DNA from: an uncultured Candidatus Rokubacteria bacterium
Lineage (GTDB): Bacteria; Methylomirabilota; Methylomirabilia; Rokubacteriales; DASRDR01
Reading direction: 5' to 3'
DNA: 64,000 nt
Assembly (NCBI GenBank): GCA_963708025.1
Contig: CAVPSB010000018.1
Coordinates: 256,001 to 320,000, forward strand
Below the pieces are notes generated by a model, which did not search any database, was not told the origin of the DNA, and worked only from the letters and a program-made list of their open reading frames with translations. Shown here piece by piece: positions 41,104-51,659 of the stretch (position 1 is the first letter of the stretch; every line of letters starts with the position of its first letter). A program made the position numbers and the translations under genes.

Positions 41104-42364
41104 GCCGGGCCGGCCGCGTGAACAGCGGCTCCTCCACCGAGGTCCGGAACAGCTCCTCGCCGTCCTTGCCGTAGGCGACGACCGTGTCGTTGTAGAGCGT
41201 GACGCGGCGCCCGCGCAGCGTCCCCTCGTAGACCTTCGGGCCCTCGATGACCTGGTAGCCGTAGATGATGTGATTGGATCGGCGGAAGAGCTGGAGCACG
41301 GCCAGCAGCTCCGCGATCGGGGTTCTCGTAGCGCTCGATCGCCTGATCGACGCCCGGCCCGAACATCTGACGGAGGTACGGCCGCGGCACCCAGCGCGGC
41401 GGGATGTAGTAGCCGTTCGGCTGCGGTGCCGAACTGCGGGTAGAGCGGCAGCGCGACCTTCGCCACGTGGACCAGGTAGTAGAGCGGGTGCTGGCGGTCC
41501 TCGGCCCAGGTCCCGTCCGGGGTCGATCTTCACGAGCCCCTGCAGCCGGATCTGGCCGATGCAGGCGGCCATGCAGCGCGTCTCCATCGGCACGCCCGCC
41601 GGTCTCCGGGTCCTTGCCTTCGACGCGCGGGTAGCAGCCGATGCACTTCTCGCGAGACCCGCGTGTTGCCGCCGGTACATCGACTTCTTGTACGGGCAGG
41701 CCTCGACGCACTTGCGGTAGCCGCGGCATCGCTACTGGTCGATGAGGACGATGCCGTCCTCGGGCCGCTTGTAGATGGCGTTGCGCGGGCAGGCGGCCAG
41801 GCAGGCCGGGTAGCGTGCAGTGGTTGCAGATGCGCGGCCAGGTAGAAGAACCAGGTCTTGTGCTCCGGCAGCTCCACGCCCGTCCGTGTCGCACTCGATG
41901 CGCTTGCCGCGCTCGCCGACCGGGTTGTCCTCGTAGATGTTGGGCGCTGTTCCACTCCTCGTCGGTGGGCAGGTAGCCGAGGACCCGCGCGCTGTCGGGC
42001 GTGAGCATGCGCTGCGGCCTCGAAGATCGTCTTGCCCTCGAAGCGGCCGTAGGGCGCCTGCGCGTCGTCCGCTGGCGCGCCGTCCCAGCCCTGGCCGTCC
42101 GGGTTCGCCTGGTCCAGCAGCTCGAGGATCTTCACGTCCCAGAACTGCGGGTAGCCGCCGTAGGGCTTCGTCTCGACGTTGTTCCACCACATGTGCTCCT
42201 GGCCCTTGCTGAAGGTCCAGGTCGACTTGCACGCCATCGTGCAGGTCTGGCAGGCGATGCAGCGGTTGATGTTGAAGACGAAGGCGAACTGCCGCTCCGG
42301 GATACGCCGCCTCGTAGGGGTAGTCCATCTCGCGGCCGAGTTGCCAGTTGTGGACCGTGGGCAT
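41087..42364 (-). CDS. nxrB: Nitrite oxidoreductase-type beta (Fe-S) subunit (frameshifted)
   Basis: [58 protein letters not shown]. Confidence 0.88.
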
Positions 42365-42368
42365 GGCG

Positions 42369-42655
42369 TCAGCCTCCCTGCGGTCCGCGGCCGCCCCACG
42401 ACGCCGACGCACTCGCCGACGATGCGCGCGCGATCTCCGCCGCCCCGAGCGCGACCCAGGCGCGCGTGCGCGCCCGGCGTAGAACGGGCTCGCGGAAGAG
42501 CGCCAGGAGCCGTGTCCGCGTCGTAGCCGATGCCGGGCGAACTCCTCGGCGAAGACGTACGCCATCTCCGCGGCATCGCCTCGACGTCGGCAGGCACCGC
42601 GACGCCGACCAGCTCCATCGGGTCATCGGGCTCGGATCGGCTTCGGCTCGCTCAT
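42369..42655 (-). CDS. Small hypothetical protein between nxrA and nxrB (frameshifted)
   Basis: ATG shortly after the nxrA stop; pieces [10 protein letters not shown] and [10 protein letters not shown]. Confidence 0.45.
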
Positions 42656-42664
42656 TCGCGGCTC

Positions 42665-45600
42665 TCACTCCTGCCGGTGCAGCTCGCCGGCCAGGTAGCG
42701 CTTCATGAACTCGCTCTCGTTGTCCGGCGTGAACGCCGGTGGTCGCCGGCTTCCAGACGCCGCGCCCGCCGAGGCCGCCGTCCTCGGCCTTGGTGACGCT
42801 GCACCAGCGTCTCCTTGGGCACGGTGTTGATGGCGTGGTTGTCCGCCTCGCCGCCGAAGATGAAGCCCATGACGCCTTCGTCTTGTGGAAGAGCGTGTCG
42901 GTCTGGTGCATCGGCATGTGCCAGTTGCGCGTGACGGACTGCTGCGAGCCGAAGCGGAGGTTGGCCTGGTAGCCGGTGTTCTCGGAGAGCGGCGCGGCCG
43001 TCGGGCCGCGTCTCGTGCGCCTTCACGGTCCTCTCGGTGGCGATGAACGGCGCGTGCTTCATCATCACGACGTTGTAGGGGTAGGCGGGTTGTACTTGCA
43101 CGCGCAGCATGCAGCGGGCGACCTTGTAGAACGGGTCGCTCGGCTTCGCGCCGAGGTACGGGCGGTCGGCGGGGTTGGCGTCCACGTAGACGTAGTCGCC
43201 GTCCTTGATGCCGAGGTCGCGCGCCGCCTGCGGGTTCATGTGGAGCTGGTGCTCGCCGACGCTCGGCGCGCGCTTGTCGAGGCGGTACGGGTCGCCGAAG
43301 TTCGAGTCCCAGATGATGTGCCAGTCCACGTTGCGCCCAGCTGCGAGTGGACGCTGTGGCGCGTCTTCGGCGTGAGGCAGTAGAACTGGAAGCCCTTCTC
43401 CCAGAGGAAGTTCTTGGTCTTCTTCACCTCGGCCCACGGCAGCTTCACGTTGCGCACCGTCCGCGTCGTCCCAGTGCTCGGCCGTCCGGCGGGATGCCGT
43501 AGTCGTTGGGGCGGACGTAGCGGGTTCGCGCTGACGATGACGTTCGGGCAGGTAGGGCGTGGCCTCGGGGCCTTCGCGGTGGACGATGAAGTTCTCGCCG
43601 TACTCGATCGCCTCGGGGACGTCGCTGTAGGCGTGCAGCCGGCCCGTGTCGGTGTAGAACGGCTCGTTGTCGTGCACCTGCTCGTAGAACGGGATGCGCG
43701 GATAGGTGCGGAAGAGCATGAGCGCGCCGCCCGGCGGCGCCGTACTTGCCGGCCATGATGTCGTCCAGCTTGTAGCCGGCCGTGGTGGTGCAGGTGTCGA
43801 GCAGGCGCTGGATGTAGACCTCCGCGCTGGCCTTCGAGCTCGAACTTGAAGTAGTCGGCGAAGCGCTGGTCGCCGGTGACCTCGGCCAGCGCGCTTGGCG
43901 ATGCCGGCCAGGATCACGAGGTCGTCCTTGCGTGTCGAAGACGCGGCTTGATGCCGCCCTTCCAGATCTGCAGGAACGGGTTCGAGCAGCAGGCGGTGAT
44001 CTCCAGGTCCTCGAACTCGAGCCAGCGAGTTGGCCGGGCAGCCCGACGTCGGAGTACTCGACCGACGCCGTCATCTGGATGTCGATGGCGACGATCATCT
44101 CGACGTTCGGGTTGACGTTCTTGATCATGCCGTAGGCCCACTTGGCGTTGTTGATCAGGTTGACGTTGGTGAACACATCGCCTTGGTCGGCGTCGGCATG
44201 TGGCGTCTTGCCGGTGAAGACCTTGCGGCCGTCCTTCGGCGTGTCGACGATCAGGGGCAGGTCGCCGTGGTTCCAGTAGGCGGGCTCCTCGTCCTTGGTG
44301 TAGGCGTGCGCCTTGATCGTCCTTGCCGTGGCGCGTTCGGGTCGAGGTTCGGCTCGAACGGGTCTTCGGCGACCCAGCCCTTGAAGCCGGGCCCGGTCCA
44401 GGGCGCGCCCTGGAAGAGCGCCGCCTTGTAGTTGCCGGCCCAGGCGTGGCAGCCCGCGCCCGGCTTGCCGATGTTGCCGGTGAGCATCAGCGGCAGGTAG
44501 GCCGCGCGGTTCACCTCGGTCGCGTGGAACCAGTGGTTGATGCCTTCGCCCTGGTGGATCGCGACCGGCTTGATCGTGCGCGATGTCCTTCGCCAGCTGC
44601 TCGATCAGCTCCTTGCGGCGCGTGCGGTGATCTCGGAGACGGTGTCGAGGTCGTAGTCCTTGAGATGCATCTGGTAGAGCGTCCACGAGCGTCGCGACCT
44701 CGACCTCGCTGCCGTCGACCAGCTTCACCGTGCACGTGCCCTCGAGCGCCGGGTCGATGCCGCTTCTGCGCCATCCGCGTCGCCGACGTCGTCGCGGGTG
44801 ATCGCGCTGGAGCGCCCTGGCCCGCTCGTCCCACACGACGTAGTCGCCGAGCTTCTCGTGCTGCTCGTCGCGTGAGGCCCTGGATGCGTCATCGACGGCC
44901 CGTCGGCGGCGAGCGCGGCTGGTAGTTGGGGAAGACCTCGTGCGGCGCGCAGCCGCTGAGGGTGTCGGTGCGGACCAGCAGCGGGAAGTCGGTGAATGCC
45001 TTGACGAACGCCTCGTCGTACCACTGCGTTCTCGATCATCAGCCGGGTGACGCCGAGCCACAGCGCCGCGTCGGTCTGCGGCCGGATCGGGATCCAGTAG
45101 TCGGCCTTGGTCGACGGCGGGCCGTACTCCGGCGCGATGACGACGATCTTCGCGCCGCGCTCCATGCACTCGATGAACCAGTGGGAGTCGGCCATCTTGT
45201 TCTCGACCAGGTTCTTGCCGTCCATGATGATGAGCTTGGAGAAGCGCAGGTCGTTGAAGTCGCAGTCGGAGTTCTGCAGGCCGTGCACCCACGGCTGGCC
45301 GGGCGCCTGGTCGCCGTGCCAGGTGTAGTTCGACCAGTTGCGGCCCGCCCTTCGCCTCCTCGGGGTCACGCCGCGGATGTGGACGTCCAGCAGCGCGAGC
45401 GAGTTGTTGAGGCGGTACATGCCGTACTTGCCGATCACGCCGAGCAGGCCCATGCCGCCGCGCATCTTGATGCGTGCGCGTGCCGGCGCCGTCCATCGCC
45501 GTCGATCATCTCCGGCTGGTAGCCCTGGGCCAGGAGCAGCTTCGCGCCCTCGTCGCCGCTGTAGCGCGTCGGCGATCGCCATCAGCGCCTTGGCGATGTA

Positions 45601-46146
45601 GCGTGAAGGCGTCGTCCCAGGAGATCTGGACGAACTTGTCCTGGCCGCGGCGAGTCGAACAGGTACTTGGCTCTCAGCTCCGGCGGTCAGCTCCGGGAAA
45701 CCGTCGTCGGCCCAGCGCTTCCAGCCCTTGCGCACGATCGGGTGCTTCAGCCGGTACGGCCCGTAGAGCGACGCGGTGGAAGGTGTAGCCCTTCGCGCAC
45801 TGGCGCGGGTTCCAGTTCGCGCGTGGCGTTGTTGCCGTAGAGGTCGGCGTAGCGTCTGGTAGTCGTAGTTCGCGCCGAGCCGCATGACGATGCCGTTGCG
45901 CACGAAGGCGCGGACGCGGCAGGCGTGCGTGTCGTTCGGCGAGCAGACCCAGTCGAAGGTGCGAGTCGTACTGGTACTGGTCGCGGTAGATCTTCTCCCA
46001 GTCGCGGGCGACCGACCCCGCCAGCGGGTTCTCGTCGGGGTCTGCCGCCGCCAGGAGCCGGAGCGGGAGGCCCAGCTCGGCGGCCGCCACCCCGCCGGCC
46101 GAGCCATCGCAGGAAGTCCGCCGATCGATCTCAATGGGTCGCTCAC
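42665..46146 (-). CDS. nxrA: Nitrite oxidoreductase-type alpha (Mo-bisPGD) subunit, Tat-exported (many frameshifts)
   Basis: DRR twin-arginine region, WEKIYRDQY, CSPNDTHAC (CxxxDxxxC), NYTWHGDQAPG, NTVPKETLV. Confidence 0.88.
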
Positions 46147-46157
46147 GCTCCTTCTCC

Positions 46158-47795
46158 TCACGGCTCGAACTCACGGCTCGCAGCCGCAAGTCCTGCCAGA
46201 TCGTGACCGACTTCTTGCCGTCGCGGTCGCCCGCGCTCCCGTTCCAGACGGCGAAGGCGACCGGCACCGTCTGCCCGGGGACGAGCCGGACCGCCTGCTC
46301 CCCCGGCGCCGCGAGCGCGCGGCGGAACACCACGCGGTACGCCCCGGTGCGGTAGGCGCCGCGCGCGGTCACGCGCTGGTCGATCCGCGGCCGCGCCTTG
46401 CAGCGTCCCGAAGCCCTGCGCGGCCAGGTCCTCGGCGGCGCTCTCGCGCGGCGGGTCGGCCACGATGTTGCCGGCGCCCCAGCCGGTCACGAACGTCGGG
46501 TCGGAGTGGAGCGTCAGCGCGTGGCGCGTCGGCTGCTCCATCGGGGACGATGAGGAGGTTCGGGTACGAGTCGATGCCGAGGTTCGGGTAGACCTTCTCG
46601 AGGTCCTGAAACGCCGGCTCGAGATCCGCCTGCCGCTCCGACTTCCACATCCAGATGTTCACGAACTGCGCCTTGGCGCCCATGGCGAAGAAGGGCGGAT
46701 CGGCCGTCAGCGCGAACTCGACCGCCGCGGCGTCGCGGAAGTCCTGCGGGCGGATCGCGGTGTGGTCGTCGGTCGCGTCGGCCCAGACGAGGAGGAAGCG
46801 CCAGCTCCGGCCGTCGTGGAGCGCGCGCACGGTCAGCTCCTCCGGGCGGTCGGTGCGCCACCAGAGCGGCATCAGGTGGAGGTTGACCGGCGGCGCCGCG
46901 CGCCACGTCCCCTCGTCGGGATGATCGGGCAGCGGTGTCGACGCGGCGGGCGGCGATCACGAACCTGCGCATCTCGACCCGCGCCCGCTGCGTCGTCGCT
47001 CGACAACGAGCGGACGAGGTGGACGAGGTGCCAGGCGTCGTCGCCGTAGGCCCAGTCGCTCATTGGCATCGGCGTGCCTGGCATCCCGGCGACGATGCGA
47101 CGGTAGAGCTGCTCCGGCTCGGGGCTGCCCTTGAAGACGCCCAGCGTCAGATCGCGCGGGCGGGTCGGGTAGCCCTTGTCGTCCTTCTGCTCCTGCGCGC
47201 CGTCGCCCTGGCCGGTCGCGCCGTGGCACGAGGCGCAGGCGTCGGCGTACAGCTCGAGGGCGCGGGCGCGCGCCTGCGGCGTCGTAAGGGCGGCTCCGGC
47301 GGGACGCGGATCACGCCGGTGCCGGCGCCGCCCTCGCCCGTCGGGTCGGCCGGCAGGGCGATCGTCCACGGCTGTCGGCACGAGCGACTTGACGTAGTGG
47401 ACGAGCGCCCAGCGCGTCTCCTCGGCCAGGTGCCCCCACGACGGCATCGCCGACCCCGGCATGCCGCGCGAGATCGTGCGGAAGAGGTCGTCGTCGGTCG
47501 GCACGCCGCTCCCAGGTCGAGATGAGGGCGGAACTTGCCCGCGCGTGAAGTCGCGCGGCTGCGGGTAGAGGAGGTAGGCCGCCTCGCCGTCGCCCCGGCC
47601 CTCCGGGCCGTGGCAGGCCGCGCACTGCGCCTCGTACAGGCGCTGGCCGAGGGCGAGGAGGTCCGGCGACGCCGCGCGGACGGTCGAGGGCGTAAGCGAG
47701 ACCGGCAGCGGGCCGGACTCGCCCGCCGGCGTGCCGGGCGACGCCGCCACCAGGCCGAGCAGGAGGAGGCCGAGGAGAGCGCCGGCTCGCCGCAT
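46158..47795 (-). CDS. Diheme cytochrome c fused to an EB_dh-type heme-binding domain (candidate gamma subunit), frameshifted
   Basis: Signal peptide, CAACH, CASCH, GMPGSAMP, FRDAAAVEF, VNIWMWK, VAFAVWNGSAGDRDGKK. Confidence 0.8.
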
Positions 47796-47854
47796 CGTGT
47801 CCCCCGCCTGGAGCCGGCGGGTCCTGGCCGGCGGCATGACGCGCGTCATCCGCT

Positions 47855-48160
47855 TCAGCGGACGCCCCGGTGGGCGACCTCGCCCCGCTCGACCTCGGCC
47901 GGGCTCACGCAGCCCTGCTGGCAGCCCTCTCGCTCCGGCCACTCGGAGCAGCGCTCCACGCGCGGCGTCGGGTCGCGGAACATCGCGGCGACCGCCGCCC
48001 CGCGCGCGTCCAGGTCAACCTCGGCCGGGGCCCCCGTCTCGGGGCACCGGACGGCCCGCCTCCCGCGGAATCGGCGCCAGGCGTCGTAGGCGACGGGCAG
48101 CAGCACGTACCCGGCACCGATGACGGCGATCCCGACCAGGACGATCCAGGGGCTACTCAT
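47855..48160 (-). CDS. Small membrane-anchored Cys-rich protein
   Basis: TM followed by VRCPETG...CSEWP...CQQGC; ATGA-type coupling. Confidence 0.7.
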   Translation of the reverse strand: MSSPWIVLVGIAVIGAGYVLLPVAYDAWRRFRGRRAVRCPETGAPAEVDLDARGAAVAAMFRDPTPRVERCSEWPEREGCQQGCVSPAEVERGEVAHRGVR

Positions 48161-48398
48161 GGCACCCTCCTTCCCCGTCCAGCGCGGGCTTGGACTGTTG
48201 CTCGCCGCTCCGCCGGATCAACTCGACGATCCGATCTCGCAGATAGCGCCGCTGGCCGCCGAGCGTCAGGACAAACGGCAGCTTCCCCTCGCGGGTCCAG
48301 CGCGCGACCGTGGCGGGGGACACTTCGAAGAGCCGGGCGACGGCCGACCGGGTCAGGTACCGCCGGCCCGAGGCTCGCTGTGTGCCGGTCGTCACCAT
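48153..48398 (-). CDS. BldC/excisionase-like HTH DNA-binding protein
   Basis: LTRSAVARLFEVSPATVARWTREGKL...TLGGQRRY. Confidence 0.8.
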   Translation of the reverse strand: MVTTGTQRASGRRYLTRSAVARLFEVSPATVARWTREGKLPFVLTLGGQRRYLRDRIVELIRRSGEQQSKPALDGEGGCHE

Positions 48399-48496
48399 TT
48401 GCTCGCATTGCACGCCGGCCGCGCTCGGAAGTCCATGACGCAGATGGTTCAATTTCTTAGAGCGGGCGGCCTACGGCCGGCGTCGTTGGTCAGGGT

Positions 48497-48907
48497 ATGA
48501 TCGGCGGCATGGCACCGGCACCACCGGACCCCGGGATCGGTCCATTTGGCGGCCTCCTCGGCGTCCGCCGCCGCGGGATGTCCGGCGGTGAGGCCAGCTT
48601 CGAGCTGACTGTCCGGCCCGAGCACATGAATCCCTACGGCGTGCTCCACGGCGGACTCCTCTACGCGCTCGTCAACTATGCGATGGGGGCCGCGCTGGTC
48701 TCGCGCCTCGATCCCGGCGAGCGGTGCGCTACGCTGGAGGTAAAGATCCAGTGCCTGACGCCGGTGCCGAGCGGGGAGGTGCGGGCGGAAGCACGGGTCG
48801 TGGAGCGGACGCGTCGGATCGGCATCCTCGAGGCCCGCGCCTACGCCGACGGCGACCGTCTGGTGGCGGTGGCAACCGGCACCTTCTACATCAAGGCCTC
48901 GCAGTAG
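48497..48907 (+). CDS. PaaI family thioesterase
   Basis: NPYGVLHGG hotdog-fold motif. Confidence 0.88.
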   Translation: MIGGMAPAPPDPGIGPFGGLLGVRRRGMSGGEASFELTVRPEHMNPYGVLHGGLLYALVNYAMGAALVSRLDPGERCATLEVKIQCLTPVPSGEVRAEARVVERTRRIGILEARAYADGDRLVAVATGTFYIKASQ

Positions 48908-48955
48908 TGTGACGCCGCGCGTGACGGGCGCTGTCCCGCCGCCGCCACGCGCCCG

Positions 48956-49412
48956 CTAGTAGCGCGGGCGGCCGTCCAGGACCTCCCGGACCTTGCCGGC
49001 GAAGGCGTCGGGCGCGAACGGCTTCTGGATGAGGGTGATGCCCGGATCGAGGACGCCGTGGTGCACGATCGCGTTGTCCGTGTAGCCGGACATGTAGCCA
49101 CCCGCCGCATGGCTTCCTCGGTGGTGAGGTCCAGGGACAGGGCCTGACCGACCGCCAGGAGGGCCTCGGTCTCCCTCAGCCGCTCGGTGGTCTCGGAGAG
49201 CAGCCGGGCGTTCTCCAGGGCCAGGGCCGCCTGGTCCGCGAACGTTTCCAGCAGCGTGACCTCGGCTGCCGGGAAGAGGCGACCCGGCCGGTCGGCGATG
49301 GAGAGCGCGCCGATGATCGTCCTCTTCGCCCGCAGCGGCACCGCCACCATCGCCCGCAGCCCTGACCGCTGCACGCGCTGCCGCACGTCGTCGGTGAGCG
49401 TGATCGCGGCAT
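48956..49412 (-). pseudogene. Remnant of a hybrid sensor kinase (GAF fragment joined out of frame to a receiver tail)
   Basis: FADQAALALENARL, then YMSGYTDNAIVHHGVLD...QKPF in another frame. No kinase domain is present. Confidence 0.75.
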
Positions 49413-49415
49413 CGC

Positions 49416-49538
49416 CGAGGATCGGCGACGACCGAGGACGACCCTAGGTCGGGACGGACGCCCAAAGGCCGAAGGCCGTCCGAACGGCGCAGTCCGAGCG
49501 CGTCCCGGCCGAGATGAACGTTGCGAAGCTCATCGGCC
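49416..49538 (-). repeat. Intergenic repeat family 1 (5' part), with hairpin module
   Basis: Aligns with 13852-14027; module at 49462-49483. Its ATGA supplies the stop of the upstream gene. Confidence 0.85.
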
Positions 49539-50570
49539 TCGCCCGCGCCGCTCGAGCCAGGTCAGGGCGCCGAGGGCCAGCAGCACGGCGAGCCCGAGCC
49601 CGGCCGTCACCGAGAGCGCGGCCTGCTTGGGGAGGCGGGAGAGGAGCACCGCCGCGCCGCCGAAGGCGGCGCTGGCGCCGAGCAGGCAGCCCACGGCCTG
49701 CTGGGGCGAGAGCCCGAGTCGCAGGAGCCGGTGGTGGAGGTGGCCCATGTCCCGCCGGAGCGGGTTCCGGCCGCGGGCGGTGCGCCGGACGACCGCGAAG
49801 ACCGTGTCGACCACCGGGAGGCCGAGGGCGACCAGGGGCAGGAGCAGCGTCATCGCCGCCGTCGTCTTGCGATTCTCCAGGAGCGCGATCGCGGCCAGCA
49901 CGAGCCCGATGAAGGTGCTGCCGACGTCGCCGAGGAAGATCCGCGCGCGGGGGAAGTTGTAGGGGTAGAAGCCGACGATCGCGCCGGCGAGCACGAGGGC
50001 GAGGATGGCCACGTCGCGCTCGTTCTTCAGGGAGCCGACGGCGCACAGGGTCAGGGCCGCGATCCCACCGATGCCCGGGGCCAGCCCGTCGAGGCCGTCC
50101 ACCAGGTTGAGGCCGTTGATCACGGTGGCGACCCACAGCATCGTCATCACAAGGCCGAGCGATCCGAGCGGGATCGTGGAGCCGAACGGGTTCGTCAGCT
50201 CTACCACCTGGAGCCCCGAGAAGTACAGGATCGCGCCCGCCGCGAAGTGGACGGCGAGCTTGGTGGGGATGCCGCACGTCCGCAGGTCGTCCCACACGCC
50301 GACGACGACCACCGGCACCGCCGCCAGCGTGATGCCGATGGCATGGGACAGGGAGATCCCGATTCCGATGCCCTGCAGGACCCACAGGGTCCCCAGCACC
50401 GCCACCGCCAGGCCGAGACCGCCGAGGGTCGGCACCGGCTCGACGTGGACCTTCTGCACGCCCGGGTAGTCGAGCGCCCCGGCCCGCCGCGCTTCGGCGA
50501 TCACCAGCGGCGTCAGGGCGAAGGCGGCGCCGCTGGCCAGCAGGAAGGCCGCCAGGTCGGCCGGGGTCAT
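49530..50570 (-). CDS. WecA/MraY-like undecaprenyl-phosphate GlcNAc-1-P transferase
   Basis: GVWDD, NLVDGLDGLA, IFLGDVGS, DMGHLHHRL. Confidence 0.9.
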   Translation of the reverse strand: MTPADLAAFLLASGAAFALTPLVIAEARRAGALDYPGVQKVHVEPVPTLGGLGLAVAVLGTLWVLQGIGIGISLSHAIGITLAAVPVVVVGVWDDLRTCGIPTKLAVHFAAGAILYFSGLQVVELTNPFGSTIPLGSLGLVMTMLWVATVINGLNLVDGLDGLAPGIGGIAALTLCAVGSLKNERDVAILALVLAGAIVGFYPYNFPRARIFLGDVGSTFIGLVLAAIALLENRKTTAAMTLLLPLVALGLPVVDTVFAVVRRTARGRNPLRRDMGHLHHRLLRLGLSPQQAVGCLLGASAAFGGAAVLLSRLPKQAALSVTAGLGLAVLLALGALTWLERRGRGR

Positions 50571-51487
50571 CCGGCCGCCCCGGCGCGTGGCCGGCGGAGC
50601 GCGTTCGCCGCGACGAGGAGGCCGGCGCGGAGTGCGAGGGCGGCCGCGATGGCGACGCGCGCCGGCCAGGGGGCGCCGAAGTGCTTCTGGACGTAGCGCC
50701 ACATGCCGCGGTGGCGGGCCCACACGATCCACGCCGGCACCGCGCCGCGGCTGGCGCCGATGTGATGGGTCACGACGGCGTCGGGCAGGTAGACGATGCG
50801 CCAGCCCGCGTCCCGGATCCGCCGGCACCAGTCCATGTCCTCGACGAAGAGGAAGTAGGCCTCGTCGAAGCCGCCGACGGCGGCGAGCACCTCGCGGCGC
50901 ACGATCAGGCACGCGCCCGAAACCCAGTCCACCTCGCGCACGCTCCGGTGATCCCAGTCGAGGTACAGGTAGTCTCGCGAGGCGGCGTTGCCGGGGAGGA
51001 GCCGGGTGAGCAGGGCGTAGCGGCCGAAGAAGATGGTGAGGTACCCGGGAAAGCGGCGGCACGAGTACTGGAGGCTTCCGTCGGACTCCAGGAGCCGGGC
51101 CCCGGCGGCGCCGACGGCCGGGTGGGCGTCGAGGTACCCGACCATGGCGGCCAGCGCGCCCTCGTGGACGATGGTGTCGGGGTTGAGGCAGATGACGTGG
51201 CGGCCCCGGGCGAGGCCGATTCCCTGATTGGCGGCGCGCGCGAACCCGAGGTTCTCGGCGTTGGCGAGCAATCGCACGCCGGGGAAGCGCTCCCGGAAGG
51301 CGCCAGCCGCCAGCGTGCCGCCGTTGTCCACGACGACCACCTCCAGCCGGAGGGATTCGCCGGCCTTCCCGAGGCTCTCCAGGCACTCGGCGAGCAGTTC
51401 GTCGGTCCGGTAGTTCACGATGACGACGGAGCAGTCAACCGGGGCGACGCCTTCGGGGGAAGGAGACGATTCAAGGAGAGGACCCAC
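50567..51487 (-). CDS. GT2 family glycosyltransferase
   Basis: SVVIVNY, VVDNG, LNPD, FLFVEDMDWC. Confidence 0.9.
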   Translation of the reverse strand: MGPLLESSPSPEGVAPVDCSVVIVNYRTDELLAECLESLGKAGESLRLEVVVVDNGGTLAAGAFRERFPGVRLLANAENLGFARAANQGIGLARGRHVICLNPDTIVHEGALAAMVGYLDAHPAVGAAGARLLESDGSLQYSCRRFPGYLTIFFGRYALLTRLLPGNAASRDYLYLDWDHRSVREVDWVSGACLIVRREVLAAVGGFDEAYFLFVEDMDWCRRIRDAGWRIVYLPDAVVTHHIGASRGAVPAWIVWARHRGMWRYVQKHFGAPWPARVAIAAALALRAGLLVAANALRRPRAGAAG

Positions 51488-51500
51488 GTGCGTCCCGGCG

Positions 51501-51529
51501 ATTATGGAAAGGGGGCGCCGCGAAGTCAA
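51501..51529 (-). promoter_or_regulatory. sigma70 promoter
   Basis: TTGACT-N17-CATAAT. Confidence 0.65.
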
Positions 51530-51544
51530 GCCGCCGACTGTTTG

Positions 51545-51624
51545 GATCCTCCCTCCCACCCCCCAACCCCCTCCCCCACCCACCGGGGGGGAGGGGGAGC
51601 CGGAGGGACCGGCGGCTTTCAAGG
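51545..51624 (-). repeat. Intergenic repeat family 2 (short, no module)
   Basis: Matches 16199-16293 minus the module. Confidence 0.8.
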
Positions 51625-51659
51625 ACCGATCCGAAGATGCGGGCGGTGTCCAGGCCTGG

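Noticed and set aside
42665-46146. Programmed frameshifting in nxrA or hsdR
   Set aside because: The shifts are too numerous and lack slippery motifs. Sequencing error is the simpler explanation.
48153-48398. Excisionase marking a prophage or ICE
   Set aside because: No integrase or phage genes are present, and the gene is coupled to the nxr operon.
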